Shown piece after piece: positions 17,815 to 27,425 of a stretch of 63,755 bases of DNA. The stretch spans positions 1 to 63,755 of the forward strand of contig CALWFA010000002.1 in the NCBI GenBank assembly GCA_944377465.1, read 5' to 3'. Origin of the DNA: an uncultured Clostridia bacterium. GTDB taxonomy: Bacteria > Bacillota > Clostridia > Christensenellales > UBA1242. The translations under genes were made by a program, and so were the position numbers. The number at the start of each line of letters is the position of its first letter. Positions within the stretch are counted from its first letter, which is position 1. A model generated the notes under the pieces. The model did no database searches. It saw only the letters and a list, made by a program, of their open reading frames with translations, and was not told the origin of the DNA.

Positions 17815-19773
17815 TTATTTTCGAATCTTACGCTTTAATTTTGCTATTTCTTCTCTTAGTTTTATCGCGGTCTCAAAGTCTAGCTGAGATGCTGCTGTAT
17901 TCATCATGCCTTTTAGTTGCTCTATCTTCTTGATGATATCTTGCTTAGATAGCTTTTCATCATCCTTTTCTATGCGGATCTTTAGACTGTCGACGATATC
18001 CTTTTTGATAGTCTTAGGCTGTACATTGTGCGCTTTATTGTAAGCCATTTGCTTTTCTCTTCTATAATTTGTCTCATCGATTGCTTGCTTCATGCTATCA
18101 GTAATATTATCAGCATACATTATTACTTTACTTTCGCTGTTTCGTGCCGCTCTACCTATGATCTGGATTAGAGAAGTCGCACTACGCAAGAAACCTTCTT
18201 TGTCAGCATCAAGGATCGCCACGAGCGTAACTTCAGGTAAATCCAATCCTTCTCTTAGTAAATTGATTCCGATCAACACATCGAATTCATCAGCACGGAG
18301 CTCATTTAAGATCTTCACGCGCTCTAATGTGTCTATGTCACTGTGCAAATATTTTACTCTAATGCCTGATTCACCAAAATATGAGGAGAGATCTTCTGCC
18401 ATCTTTTTTGTAAGAGTAGTGATCAATACTTTGCCGTGTTTTTCGATATTCTTCTTTATTTCATCAGTTAGATCATCCACTTGACCATTGCTAGGTCGAA
18501 CCTCGATCTCAGGGTCTAGAAGATAAGTAGGTCTGATGATCTGCTCTACCACTTGACCTGCGAGAGACAATTCATATTTGTTTGGAGTCGCAGACACATA
18601 TATCGTCTGCCCAATGCGATTATTAAATTCTTCAAAATTTAACGGTCTATTATCATAAGCACTTGGCAGTCTAAATCCATAATCGACTAGACTCGTCTTT
18701 CTAGCTCGGTCTCCATTGTACATACCGCGTATTTGAGGCAATGTGATGTGACTCTCATCGACGAATAGGAGAAAGCCGTGTGGGAAATAGTCTAGCAGGG
18801 TATAAGGTGGTTCGCCAGGACGACGACCGTCAAAATATCTAGAATAGTTTTCTATACCGGAGCAATATCCCATCTCCTGCATCATCTCCAGGTCATAGTT
18901 AGTACGCTCGCGTATGCGCTGTGCTTCGATGTATTTTTCTTCACGAGTAAAAAATTCTTCACGCTCTTTTGCATCCTTTTTGATCTGCTCAAGTGCGTTA
19001 TTTAGCCGTTCGCTACCGACAGCATAGTGGCTCGCTGGGAATATAGATGCATGCTTTAGTCTATTGAGTACCTTTCCAGTGACGACTTCGAATTCGCTCA
19101 GGTTTTCGATTTCATCATCGAAAAACTCCACTCTGATCGCACGCTCACTACTGTCAGCAGGGAATATATCCACGACATCGCCACGGGCACGGAAAGTACT
19201 ACGAGTGAAATCGATATTATTTCTCGTATATTGAATGCTAATTAGGCGTTTGATCAGATCTTCACGAGTCATTTTGTCCCCGGCGCGTAGTGAGATATGC
19301 AGATCATAATATTCTTTAGGTGCACCTAGACCGTAGATACAAGACACAGACGCTACGACGATCGTGTCCGAGCGCTCTAGTAGACTGCTCGTAGCACTGT
19401 GTCTGAGCTTGTCTATCTCGTCATTTACGCTCATGTCCTTTTCGATATAAGTGTCGCTAGAGACGATGTAAGCCTCTGGCTGATAATAATCATAATAAGA
19501 TACAAAAAACTCTACGCGATTGTTTGGAAAAAACTCGCGAAATTCATTACACAGCTGTGCAGCCAAAGTTTTATTGTGAGCAAGTACTAGGGTAGGGCGA
19601 TTCACCTTTGCTATCACATTAGCCATAGTAAAAGTCTTTCCACTACCTGTGACTCCCTTTAATACTTGAGCAGATAGACCATCGTTGATACCTTCTACCA
19701 AGGCATTTATCGCTTCGGGCTGGTCGCCAGTAGGAGCATATTTGGAGACTAATTCAAAATCACGATATTCCAT
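17815..19773 (-). CDS. uvrB: excinuclease ABC subunit B
   Basis: 652 aa. Walker [14 protein letters not shown] box (FVDESHIT), and a C-terminal UVR domain ([17 protein letters not shown]). Confidence 0.97.
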   Translation of the reverse strand: MEYRDFELVSKYAPTGDQPEAINALVEGINDGLSAQVLKGVTGSGKTFTMANVIAKVNRPTLVLAHNKTLAAQLCNEFREFFPNNRVEFFVSYYDYYQPEAYIVSSDTYIEKDMSVNDEIDKLRHSATSSLLERSDTIVVASVSCIYGLGAPKEYYDLHISLRAGDKMTREDLIKRLISIQYTRNNIDFTRSTFRARGDVVDIFPADSSERAIRVEFFDDEIENLSEFEVVTGKVLNRLKHASIFPASHYAVGSERLNNALEQIKKDAKEREEFFTREEKYIEAQRIRERTNYDLEMMQEMGYCSGIENYSRYFDGRRPGEPPYTLLDYFPHGFLLFVDESHITLPQIRGMYNGDRARKTSLVDYGFRLPSAYDNRPLNFEEFNNRIGQTIYVSATPNKYELSLAGQVVEQIIRPTYLLDPEIEVRPSNGQVDDLTDEIKKNIEKHGKVLITTLTKKMAEDLSSYFGESGIRVKYLHSDIDTLERVKILNELRADEFDVLIGINLLREGLDLPEVTLVAILDADKEGFLRSATSLIQIIGRAARNSESKVIMYADNITDSMKQAIDETNYRREKQMAYNKAHNVQPKTIKKDIVDSLKIRIEKDDEKLSKQDIIKKIEQLKGMMNTAASQLDFETAIKLREEIAKLKRKIRK

Positions 19774-19791
19774 ATGTTTTCCTCAATAGAA

Positions 19792-20151
19792 TTAAATAAA
19801 CAATAATCTAATAAACACACCTATGAGTGCACTAATAGCAGCAAATGCGACCGTTCTACCTAGTAGTAAAAAGAAATTGCGTTTATTATTAGTAAGCTCT
19901 CTATGGAAACCTTCACCTTTTATCTTTAAGGATACGCAATACACGGGGCTACCTTTTTTGTCTGATTTGAATAGCTCTATATAGTTGTCAAAGCTGAGAT
20001 TTGTCATGATCTTTTCCAGTTCGTCAGGGTAGATCACATACCTATCCGCGACGAAAGAGATGATTTCACGCGGTGAAATAAGACAAGACTTTTTGCCTTG
20101 ACATTTTTGATAGACATATTCCATTACATATTTTTCTTTGAATGTAAGCAT
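19792..20151 (-). CDS. membrane-anchored small protein with an N-terminal wHTH-like domain (119 aa)
   Basis: Paralogous to the upstream gene (shared EIIS..., Y..D......L....YI, YC.S.L..KG). C-terminal TM helix (FFLLLGRTVAFAAISALIGVFIRLLFI). Lies 18 nt upstream of uvrB. Confidence 0.6.
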   Translation of the reverse strand: MLTFKEKYVMEYVYQKCQGKKSCLISPREIISFVADRYVIYPDELEKIMTNLSFDNYIELFKSDKKGSPVYCVSLKIKGEGFHRELTNNKRNFFLLLGRTVAFAAISALIGVFIRLLFI

Positions 20152-20159
20152 TTTACCTC

Positions 20160-20534
20160 TTATACGATTGCTAAAAAGAAAATGATGAGCGCAAGCATAG
20201 TGCCGACAAATGAGGCGATAGCTACATATATATAAGACATTATAGAAAATTTTGATTTTTCTTGTTTGTAGCCAACTTTATTATTCTCTTGCTCGAGTGT
20301 GATGCGACCTTTAGGTAGGATAGAATAACAATAAGTGTTTTCCTCACTAAACTTGATGTTTATATATTCCTGTTTTTCAAGGAAGTCGATAATTTGCTTG
20401 ATAATATCAGCATCATATTGCGATTTTTGTCCCATGAGAGAGATGATCTCATCTGCGGTGACTACTTTATACGCATTCCCTGATGCTAACTTGCTCATTG
20501 ATTTTAATACACTGATAGTTTTTTTATCTAGCAT
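20160..20534 (-). CDS. membrane-anchored small protein with an N-terminal wHTH-like domain (124 aa)
   Basis: ATG at 20534 with SD AGGTGA 7 nt upstream; the ORF-track start 20573 is a TTG with no SD. C-terminal TM helix (MSYIYVAIASFVGTMLALIIFFLAIV). Confidence 0.6.
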   Translation of the reverse strand: MLDKKTISVLKSMSKLASGNAYKVVTADEIISLMGQKSQYDADIIKQIIDFLEKQEYINIKFSEENTYCYSILPKGRITLEQENNKVGYKQEKSKFSIMSYIYVAIASFVGTMLALIIFFLAIV

Positions 20535-20584
20535 AATTTCACCTATTATATCATTTTCAAATAGTTTTTGCAATCTTTTATAAA

Positions 20585-22354
20585 TTATTTATAAAGAGAA
20601 ATATATATTTTCAGCTGTTTTTCGACGAAAGCAAAGGCTTCGTCATATGGCTCAGCAGATTCGAGATCTATGCCGATTTCTTTCAAAACTTCGACGGCTG
20701 GCTTATTGACACCATTTTTTAAGAAATCAATATATTTTGTGTAAAAATCCTTTTCGTTTAGTATACGATTTACAATAGTGATGGCTGTGACCATTCCCGT
20801 CGCGTAAGTAAACACATAATACGGAGAGTAGAAATGTGGTACACGCATCCATTCGTATTTTAAGCAGGAAGGCAGTATGCATGATCGACCATAAAATTTC
20901 TTATTTATATTCATATAGCATTCATTTAGATCGTTGTATGTGACGGGTATATCTTGTTCCATCTTTTGATGAATTTCATGCTCGAATTCTGTGAATATGA
21001 TCTGCCTAAAAATAGTACTACGCATATCATCTAAAAATTTCTTTAGATAATATTTTTTATCCTTTGGTTTAGAGATTTTCATCATGTATTGAAATAATAA
21101 CAGTTCATTTACAGTGCTAGCGATCTCAGCGGCAAAGGTAGAAATGTCCGCTTTTTCGTACGGCTGTGCTGAATTAAAGTATTCAGCATTTATACAATGT
21201 CCTAATTCGTGTGCTAGAGTAGAGACGGAGTTATAATCGTTTATAAAATTAGTAAGCACCATTGTCTTCGCTCCATAGCAGTGTGAGCAATATGCTCCAG
21301 AATTTTTATTCTCATTCGGAAGATAATCTATCGAGTGATCACTCATCTTTCGTTTTAGATTTGAGGAATAATCTGTGCCTAGAGGAGACAGGGCGGAGAG
21401 GATAAGATTTTGGGCATCGGATATAGAAATTTTCTTGCTTGAGTTTCGGTCTTCGAAAAGGTCGTAATATGCAAATTTTTTATTATATGCGATTTTTGCA
21501 CGCGTTTTTATATATTTTTGCAGTAATGGAATATATTTTTCTGTATATTTTATAATATTATCAAATACTGCACGCGGTAATTTTTCTGAAAATAGGACGC
21601 TTTCTAATAGGTTATCATATTTCGTAAGCTTAGTATAAAATTTATCATACTCAATGTCATTGATATAGAGCTCAGAAAAGGTCTTATTGAGTTGAGAATA
21701 GCCGTCCATAAAATGTTCAAAAGCTGTCTTTCTAAGAGAAGGGTCATTGCTCCTAAGATACTTAGGATAAGTCTCATTGTTTAGTAGCATTTTCTTGCCT
21801 TTAGAATCGACTGCCTCTTTGTATTTCATCTCAGAATCTACGAGTATGCTATGAATCTGCTCTGATCCGCCCAGAAATGAGCTCATTTTTGCTAGTAGTT
21901 CGCTCGATTTTTCATCTAATCTGTGCGGTTTCTCGCGAATGATATCATTGATAAAATTGTCATAATCTTTAAATTTCGGATCGGACAGTAGCGATTGCAA
22001 AAATTTCGTAGGAAGTTTATAGATCTGAGGTAGGATAAAAGATTCTGCTTCCAATAAACGAGAGTAGGCGGTGCTAAATCTTTGCTCCAACTTAATCATC
22101 TCTATGTCACTGGAGTCGACATTCAATTTGTGTGAAATATAGTGCGCTAGTCTACTGATAGCCATTTCTTCCTGCTTATGACCTGCAATGGCTTCATACA
22201 AAATGTCAGAATTTTGCAATTTATCTTTATATTTAGGTGCTATTTTGATGAGATCATCTATTATTTTTAAAATTTTCTCTATTTCATTGTTGTCTTTAAT
22301 ATAACTATCTAGATTCCATTTGTATTCATCTGCGATCTGACTTCTTTTCTTCAT
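20585..22354 (-). CDS. pepF: oligoendopeptidase F (M3B family)
   Basis: 589 aa. Zinc motif HELGH (TLAHELGHCINAEY) in M3-type context. AAGGAGA SD. Confidence 0.9.
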   Translation of the reverse strand: MKKRSQIADEYKWNLDSYIKDNNEIEKILKIIDDLIKIAPKYKDKLQNSDILYEAIAGHKQEEMAISRLAHYISHKLNVDSSDIEMIKLEQRFSTAYSRLLEAESFILPQIYKLPTKFLQSLLSDPKFKDYDNFINDIIREKPHRLDEKSSELLAKMSSFLGGSEQIHSILVDSEMKYKEAVDSKGKKMLLNNETYPKYLRSNDPSLRKTAFEHFMDGYSQLNKTFSELYINDIEYDKFYTKLTKYDNLLESVLFSEKLPRAVFDNIIKYTEKYIPLLQKYIKTRAKIAYNKKFAYYDLFEDRNSSKKISISDAQNLILSALSPLGTDYSSNLKRKMSDHSIDYLPNENKNSGAYCSHCYGAKTMVLTNFINDYNSVSTLAHELGHCINAEYFNSAQPYEKADISTFAAEIASTVNELLLFQYMMKISKPKDKKYYLKKFLDDMRSTIFRQIIFTEFEHEIHQKMEQDIPVTYNDLNECYMNINKKFYGRSCILPSCLKYEWMRVPHFYSPYYVFTYATGMVTAITIVNRILNEKDFYTKYIDFLKNGVNKPAVEVLKEIGIDLESAEPYDEAFAFVEKQLKIYISLYK

Positions 22355-22371
22355 AATATCTCCTTATATTT

Positions 22372-22399
22372 ATTTTAGATTTTCACATATTTTTGTCAA
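22372..22399 (-). promoter_or_regulatory. sigma-70-type promoter of the pepF operon
   Basis: The minus strand reads TTGACA-16nt-TAAAAT, upstream of the pepF SD. Confidence 0.45.
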
Positions 22400-22447
22400 G
22401 CAAAATTCTTTTTAAACTACATATTATGATTTTATTGTCAGCACGAC

Positions 22448-22476
22448 TTGACAAACTAATATTTGAGATATATAAT
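22448..22476 (+). promoter_or_regulatory. sigma-70-type promoter
   Basis: TTGACA (22448-22453), 17 nt, TATAAT (22471-22476). Divergent from the pepF promoter. Confidence 0.6.
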
Positions 22477-22496
22477 AAAGGTATAAGGAGAAGGCT

Positions 22497-22883
22497 ATGA
22501 GAAAAATCGTATTGATCTTATGTGTGGCATTCGTAGTATTATGTTATGGTTATCCGTGCTTTATTCTGCCATTTGGTGAGTATGTGCGCACTACAGAGCT
22601 AGGTAATGTGAAGATGGAAGAAAAATACAAGTTCAATTTTGACGGTACTTGCACATATGAGGATACATTAGGAATAGTGACGAATTATCATTACAAACTA
22701 AGTGGTAATGATGTCATCATAAGCATTGATGAAAATTTTGATGATGAAATCGACTATGCTATCAGCATCAATTCATTGTATAATGTAGGTAATGGTTTCT
22801 TTAATCAGATAGCTATGTATGTAGCGATCGGTGTAGGAGTGCTAGCCTTAGTGCTGATTATCACGATTCCGAGAAAAAATTAA
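22497..22883 (+). CDS. hypothetical membrane protein (128 aa)
   Basis: AAGGAGAAGG SD. N-terminal hydrophobic segment and C-terminal TM helix (IAMYVAIGVGVLALVLIITI). Confidence 0.6.
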   Translation: MRKIVLILCVAFVVLCYGYPCFILPFGEYVRTTELGNVKMEEKYKFNFDGTCTYEDTLGIVTNYHYKLSGNDVIISIDENFDDEIDYAISINSLYNVGNGFFNQIAMYVAIGVGVLALVLIITIPRKN

Positions 22884-22906
22884 GTGGCACGACTGCCACT
22901 TTTTTT
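22883..22906 (+). terminator. intrinsic terminator
   Basis: AGTGGCA-CGAC-TGCCACT hairpin followed by T7. Confidence 0.8.
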
Positions 22907-23023
22907 AATAATATATTGTTAAATATTTATAATATGCAATGAAAACAATATTATTTTTATAAGACATTGAATCTTTTGGACAAAGTTATCTTATTTATGA
23001 ATTGCCAAATACAATGATTACAC

Positions 23024-23052
23024 TTGAAAAATCATACTTTTTATGATATAAT
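23024..23052 (+). promoter_or_regulatory. sigma-70-type promoter of uvrA
   Basis: TTGAAA (23024-23029), 17 nt, extended -10 TGaTATAAT (23044-23052). No GAAC-N4-GTTC LexA box is visible nearby. Confidence 0.5.
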
Positions 23053-23085
23053 AATAAATGATCAAATTTTGGAGAAGATAAAATT

Positions 23086-25905
23086 ATGTTAGAGAATATT
23101 GTTATAAAAGGTGCTAAGGAAAATAATCTAAAAAATATTGACCTTACTATACCGAAAAATAAATTAATAGTATTTTCAGGTGTAAGTGGCTGTGGAAAGT
23201 CGACTCTCGCCTTTGACACGATCTTTGCAGAAGGACAGCGTAGGTATATGGAGAGTTTGTCCAGCTACGCTAGGCAATTCTTAGGTCAAATGAATAAACC
23301 TGATGTGGAGAGCATTGACGGACTGAGTCCCGCTATTTCTATCGATCAGAAGAGTACTAATAATAACCCGCGTTCTACAGTAGGTACTATCACTGAGATC
23401 TATGATTATCTTCGTCTATTGTTTGCGCGTATAGGTAAGCCATTTTGCCCAAAATGTGGAAAGCCGATCTCTGTGCAGACGATCGATCAGATTGTAGATA
23501 GGATTATGGAGCACGATGACGGTACTAAGATGCTCATCATGGCTCCTATCATCAGACAGCAAAAGGGTAGCCATGAAAAGACTCTCGACGGACTGAGAAA
23601 AGATGGATATATTCGTGTCATGGTAGACAAGACTATGTATTCGCTCGATGATTCTATAGTTTTGGACAAAAATAAAAGACACGATATATATGTCGTGGTC
23701 GACCGTGTCGTGAAAAAGGACGGCATCATGTCTAGGCTGACTGAATCTGTAGAAAAATGCTTACAGATGGCAAATGGGCTAGTGATCGTCAATGCAGACG
23801 GAGAGGACAAACTCTATAGCGTGAAATACAGCTGTGTAGATTGCGGGATCTCGATTCCTGATATTGAGCCTACCTTATTTAGCTTTAATAATCACGCAGG
23901 CGCATGTCCAAAATGTGGAGGGCTAGGCTATGTGATCAAGATAGGAGAAAATGCAATAGTAAAGAACGATAGACTCTCGATCAATGAGGGAGCTCTCTCT
24001 GTAATGGGCTTTAATATTGATTCTACAGGGATTACTAAAAAGGCTTTAGCAAAACTAGGTAAAAAGTACAACTTTACGCTTGATATGCCATACTACAAGA
24101 TACCAAAAGAAGGTAGAATGGTACTAATCAATGGCGAGAGCGGGGACAAGGATCTACTTGCACCAAATCTTCATCAATATGTGACTCAAAAAGATGCTTT
24201 ATTTATGGGAATTATACCAGACCTTCTGAGACGATTCCAGGAGTCTAGTAGTGAATATGTGAAAGAAGAGATCTATAAACTTATGAGTGAAGATACCTGT
24301 CCTGAATGTCTAGGTAAAAGACTAAACCCAAGTGCACTGTCTATAAAGATAGAGAATAAGAACATTGCAGACTTATGTGATATGTCGATTACAAAATTGT
24401 ATGGCTTCATCACTTCATTGAAATTAAGCAATACAGACAAGATGATATCAGAAAGTATCATAAAGGAGATTACATCTAGGTTGTCATTCCTAATAAATGT
24501 AGGACTGACATATCTGACTTTGTCGAGACGAGCTGGGACATTGTCAGGAGGAGAGTCTCAGCGCATTCGTCTAGCGACACAGATCGGTAGTGGACTGAGC
24601 GGAGTATTATATATTCTGGATGAGCCTAGCATAGGACTACATCAGCGAGATAATGATAGACTGCTAGACACGCTTAAAAATTTACGAGATTTGGGCAACA
24701 CCTTGATCGTAGTAGAGCATGACGAAGACACCATTCGTGAGGCTGATTATATAGTAGATATTGGTCCATATGCAGGCACGCACGGGGGAGAGATCGTGGC
24801 TCAAGGTTCAGTTGATGACCTTATCGCTAGTCCGCGCTCTATCACTGGTAAATTTTTGTCTGGAGAGATGAAGATAGAAGTGCCGAAGAAAAGGCGAGAG
24901 ATAAAGAACGGATATATTCGCCTGCTAGGCTGTAGAGAGCACAATATCGACAATCTTGATGTGGCAATTCCGCGCGGGGTATTCACTTGTATCACAGGTG
25001 TGAGCGGTAGCGGAAAATCCACCTTAGTAAATGATATCTTGTATAGAGCGCTCTTTAATAAACTAAACAAACGAGACAAAGAAAATAACATCATGGAGAT
25101 ATTAGGTATAGAAGATATCGACAAGGTGATTCAAATAGATCAGACCCCTATCGGTAGGACCCCTAGGAGTAATCCAGCGACCTATTCTGGCGTGTTTACA
25201 AAGATTAGAGAGCTATTTGCGTCCACTCCACAAGCAAAAGAAAAAGGCTATGATATGGGCAAGTTTAGCTTCAATATTGAGGGCGGACGATGTGAGGCGT
25301 GCGCTGGTGACGGTGTGAAGAGGCTGAGGATGTATTTCATGCCAGATGTATTCGTCCCATGTGAAGTGTGTGGTGGTAAGCGATATTCTCGAGAAGTCCT
25401 AGATGTGAAATACAAAGGAAAGTCAATATATGATGTGCTAGAGATGACGATCGATGAAGCATATGACTTTTTCGATGCAGTGCCACAGATTAAGCGAAAC
25501 TTACAGACGCTAGTCGATGTGGGTCTTGGATATATCAAACTTGGACAAAGTGCTACTACGCTCTCGGGCGGTGAAGCGCAAAGGTTAAAGCTCGCTAGTG
25601 AATTGACCAGAAGAGATACTGGCAATACAGTGTATATCCTAGATGAGCCTACGACTGGATTGCACACATATGATGTGAAGCGACTGGTAGACATACTGCA
25701 TAGACTGGTCGGCAATGGCAATACAGTGATAGTCATAGAGCACAATCTAGATGTCATCAAGACAGCAGATTATATAATTGATATGGGACCAGAAGGTGGA
25801 GACGCTGGCGGTAAAGCCGTGGTAGCAGGCACACCAGAAGAGGTCATAAAAGAGAAGAAGAGCTATACTGGTATGTATTTAAAAAAGATGGTGAAGAATG
25901 ACTAA
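23086..25905 (+). CDS. uvrA: excinuclease ABC subunit A
   Basis: 939 aa. Two ABC modules (GVSGCGKST and GVSGSGKST; LSGGESQR and LSGGEAQR) and CxxC zinc-finger pairs. Confidence 0.97.
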   Translation: MLENIVIKGAKENNLKNIDLTIPKNKLIVFSGVSGCGKSTLAFDTIFAEGQRRYMESLSSYARQFLGQMNKPDVESIDGLSPAISIDQKSTNNNPRSTVGTITEIYDYLRLLFARIGKPFCPKCGKPISVQTIDQIVDRIMEHDDGTKMLIMAPIIRQQKGSHEKTLDGLRKDGYIRVMVDKTMYSLDDSIVLDKNKRHDIYVVVDRVVKKDGIMSRLTESVEKCLQMANGLVIVNADGEDKLYSVKYSCVDCGISIPDIEPTLFSFNNHAGACPKCGGLGYVIKIGENAIVKNDRLSINEGALSVMGFNIDSTGITKKALAKLGKKYNFTLDMPYYKIPKEGRMVLINGESGDKDLLAPNLHQYVTQKDALFMGIIPDLLRRFQESSSEYVKEEIYKLMSEDTCPECLGKRLNPSALSIKIENKNIADLCDMSITKLYGFITSLKLSNTDKMISESIIKEITSRLSFLINVGLTYLTLSRRAGTLSGGESQRIRLATQIGSGLSGVLYILDEPSIGLHQRDNDRLLDTLKNLRDLGNTLIVVEHDEDTIREADYIVDIGPYAGTHGGEIVAQGSVDDLIASPRSITGKFLSGEMKIEVPKKRREIKNGYIRLLGCREHNIDNLDVAIPRGVFTCITGVSGSGKSTLVNDILYRALFNKLNKRDKENNIMEILGIEDIDKVIQIDQTPIGRTPRSNPATYSGVFTKIRELFASTPQAKEKGYDMGKFSFNIEGGRCEACAGDGVKRLRMYFMPDVFVPCEVCGGKRYSREVLDVKYKGKSIYDVLEMTIDEAYDFFDAVPQIKRNLQTLVDVGLGYIKLGQSATTLSGGEAQRLKLASELTRRDTGNTVYILDEPTTGLHTYDVKRLVDILHRLVGNGNTVIVIEHNLDVIKTADYIIDMGPEGGDAGGKAVVAGTPEEVIKEKKSYTGMYLKKMVKND

Positions 25906-26215
25906 AGAAATTAAAAATTATTATAAATTTCTAGATTTAAGATACGATTCATCTATTGAAGATGTGAAATTGAGACAAAAGATTTTGATCAAACTTTTGC
26001 GTGCGAAGAGTATCCGCACTGGAAATTCTAATAAAGAAAAAATAATGAAGATCAATACCGCATCAAATAAGATTATAAATTTCATAAAACAAAATGGGGT
26101 TCCTAGCGATAACCGAATGTATTTTGACACTACGACGAACTCTGTAGCGGTACAGACCTTTGTGCTAGTAATCTTAATAATTATTATAACGGTCAGTTTT
26201 TTAGTGTTATTATAA
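25898..26215 (+). CDS. membrane-anchored J-domain-like protein lacking the HPD motif (105 aa)
   Basis: Overlaps the uvrA stop by 8 nt. NYYKFLDLRYDSSIEDVKLRQK resembles J-domain helix I/II, but no HPD follows. C-terminal TM helix (VQTFVLVILIIIITVSFLVLL). Confidence 0.45.
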   Translation: MTKEIKNYYKFLDLRYDSSIEDVKLRQKILIKLLRAKSIRTGNSNKEKIMKINTASNKIINFIKQNGVPSDNRMYFDTTTNSVAVQTFVLVILIIIITVSFLVLL

Positions 26216-26218
26216 TCA

Positions 26219-26605
26219 CTATAAAAGGTTTAGTGCACTAATTCCTGTAGTCTGACTTAGTCCTACAATATTATAGTTTAGGATCCTAGAATAGGTAATA
26301 GCATCTTCATGATTGTCATTAATGCAAGATGCACATAGATACTGAAGATAGTCGGAAATAGGCTGTAGATCCTTGCGGGAGAGTGAAATACACAAAGCGT
26401 CCATTTCGTCAGTCCAAAAATCATTTAGTTTAAAGATCTGACTCTCAATGTCTGAGGAGATCTCTGAGCTTTTGAGTAAGGTCTCATATATTGACTGGCT
26501 TTCAGCTTCTAGCTGATCAAACACCTTTTGTGTATGTACGCCGTCCCAGATGCATAGTCCTGTGACAGCGAATAAAAGTATTAGGATAGGTAACCAAACT
26601 TTCAT
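26219..26605 (-). CDS. DUF4363-like protein (128 aa)
   Basis: N-terminal TM helix followed by a helical domain. The size, the terminal ...NLL and the position immediately downstream of (and overlapping, ATGA) a DUF421 gene match the usual DUF421/DUF4363 pairing in Clostridia. Confidence 0.65.
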   Translation of the reverse strand: MKVWLPILILLFAVTGLCIWDGVHTQKVFDQLEAESQSIYETLLKSSEISSDIESQIFKLNDFWTDEMDALCISLSRKDLQPISDYLQYLCASCINDNHEDAITYSRILNYNIVGLSQTTGISALNLL

Positions 26606-27318
26606 ATACTTATCTCCTTGTTGATATCTTCGATTAGTCTGAAATTTTCTCCCTTCTTTTGATAATATATCTTTCCTTTACTGTCTATAGAAAGAATGAT
26701 CAATTCTTTCAAAGAATTAACTTTAATATGTGATAGAATTTTGTGGAGCTTTTTATTGTCTAGCTCCACTTCTTTCATTTCATCTTTGATCAGCTTTCCG
26801 TCCGAAATGATCACATGAGGAAGGTTTGCTGGTGGATTATTCGCATTGACATCTTGTGCAGTAGCAGGAGCGTTTTCACTAGTAGGAACGATGCTCATCT
26901 TGCCATTAGTCTCTATGATAGCGTACAATATTTGATCAAAGCTATAATAATTCGCTTGTCTGATAGATTCTAGCAGGTCATCAATATTCATATTTAGGTC
27001 CTTCAATGCTTGATATTCTATGCCCTTTGGACTGATTACTACGACAGGTCGTCCACTCATAAATCTGCGAATTTTAATGCTCTTTCGTGTGAGAATAGTA
27101 ATCAAAAAATGTATCAGTACTAATATGGCTAAAGGCAATATGCCATTGAGCAAAGGTATATTTGTGTCACTCATAGGTAGAGTGGCGAGGTCGGCGATGA
27201 TGAGAGTAATGACTACTTCATATGGTTGCATTTCACCGATCTGTCTCTTCCCCATGAGCCGTAAGAATACCAGTACTGTTACATATATAATGACGACTCT
27301 TAAAAATACTACAAACAT
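26602..27318 (-). CDS. DUF421 (YetF-like) membrane protein
   Basis: 238 aa. Characteristic N-terminus (RVVIIYVTVLVFLRLMGKRQIGEMQPYEVVITLIIADLA). Confidence 0.85.
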   Translation of the reverse strand: MFVVFLRVVIIYVTVLVFLRLMGKRQIGEMQPYEVVITLIIADLATLPMSDTNIPLLNGILPLAILVLIHFLITILTRKSIKIRRFMSGRPVVVISPKGIEYQALKDLNMNIDDLLESIRQANYYSFDQILYAIIETNGKMSIVPTSENAPATAQDVNANNPPANLPHVIISDGKLIKDEMKEVELDNKKLHKILSHIKVNSLKELIILSIDSKGKIYYQKKGENFRLIEDINKEISI

Positions 27319-27324
27319 ACCTTA

Positions 27325-27354
27325 ATTATGTTCAAATGGTATAAAATTATTCAA
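27325..27354 (-). promoter_or_regulatory. sigma-70-type promoter of the DUF421 operon (leaderless candidate)
   Basis: The minus strand reads TTGAAT-18nt-CATAAT-taaggt-ATG. The -10 box ends 6 nt before the start codon. Confidence 0.45.
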
Positions 27355-27391
27355 ATAAATATTTATATCAAGCATGTAAGCATGAAACTAC

Positions 27392-27416
27392 TAAAAAAGC
27401 AATGAATGATCATTGC
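27392..27416 (-). terminator. intrinsic terminator after the flippase gene
   Basis: GCAATGA-N4-TCATTGC hairpin followed by T6 on the minus strand. Confidence 0.7.
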
Positions 27417-27425
27417 TCGATAAAA

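Noticed and set aside
20535-20573. A TTG-initiated 13-codon extension of the first wHTH-TM paralog.
   Set aside because: There is no SD for the TTG, whereas ATG 20534 has AGGTGA at the proper spacing.
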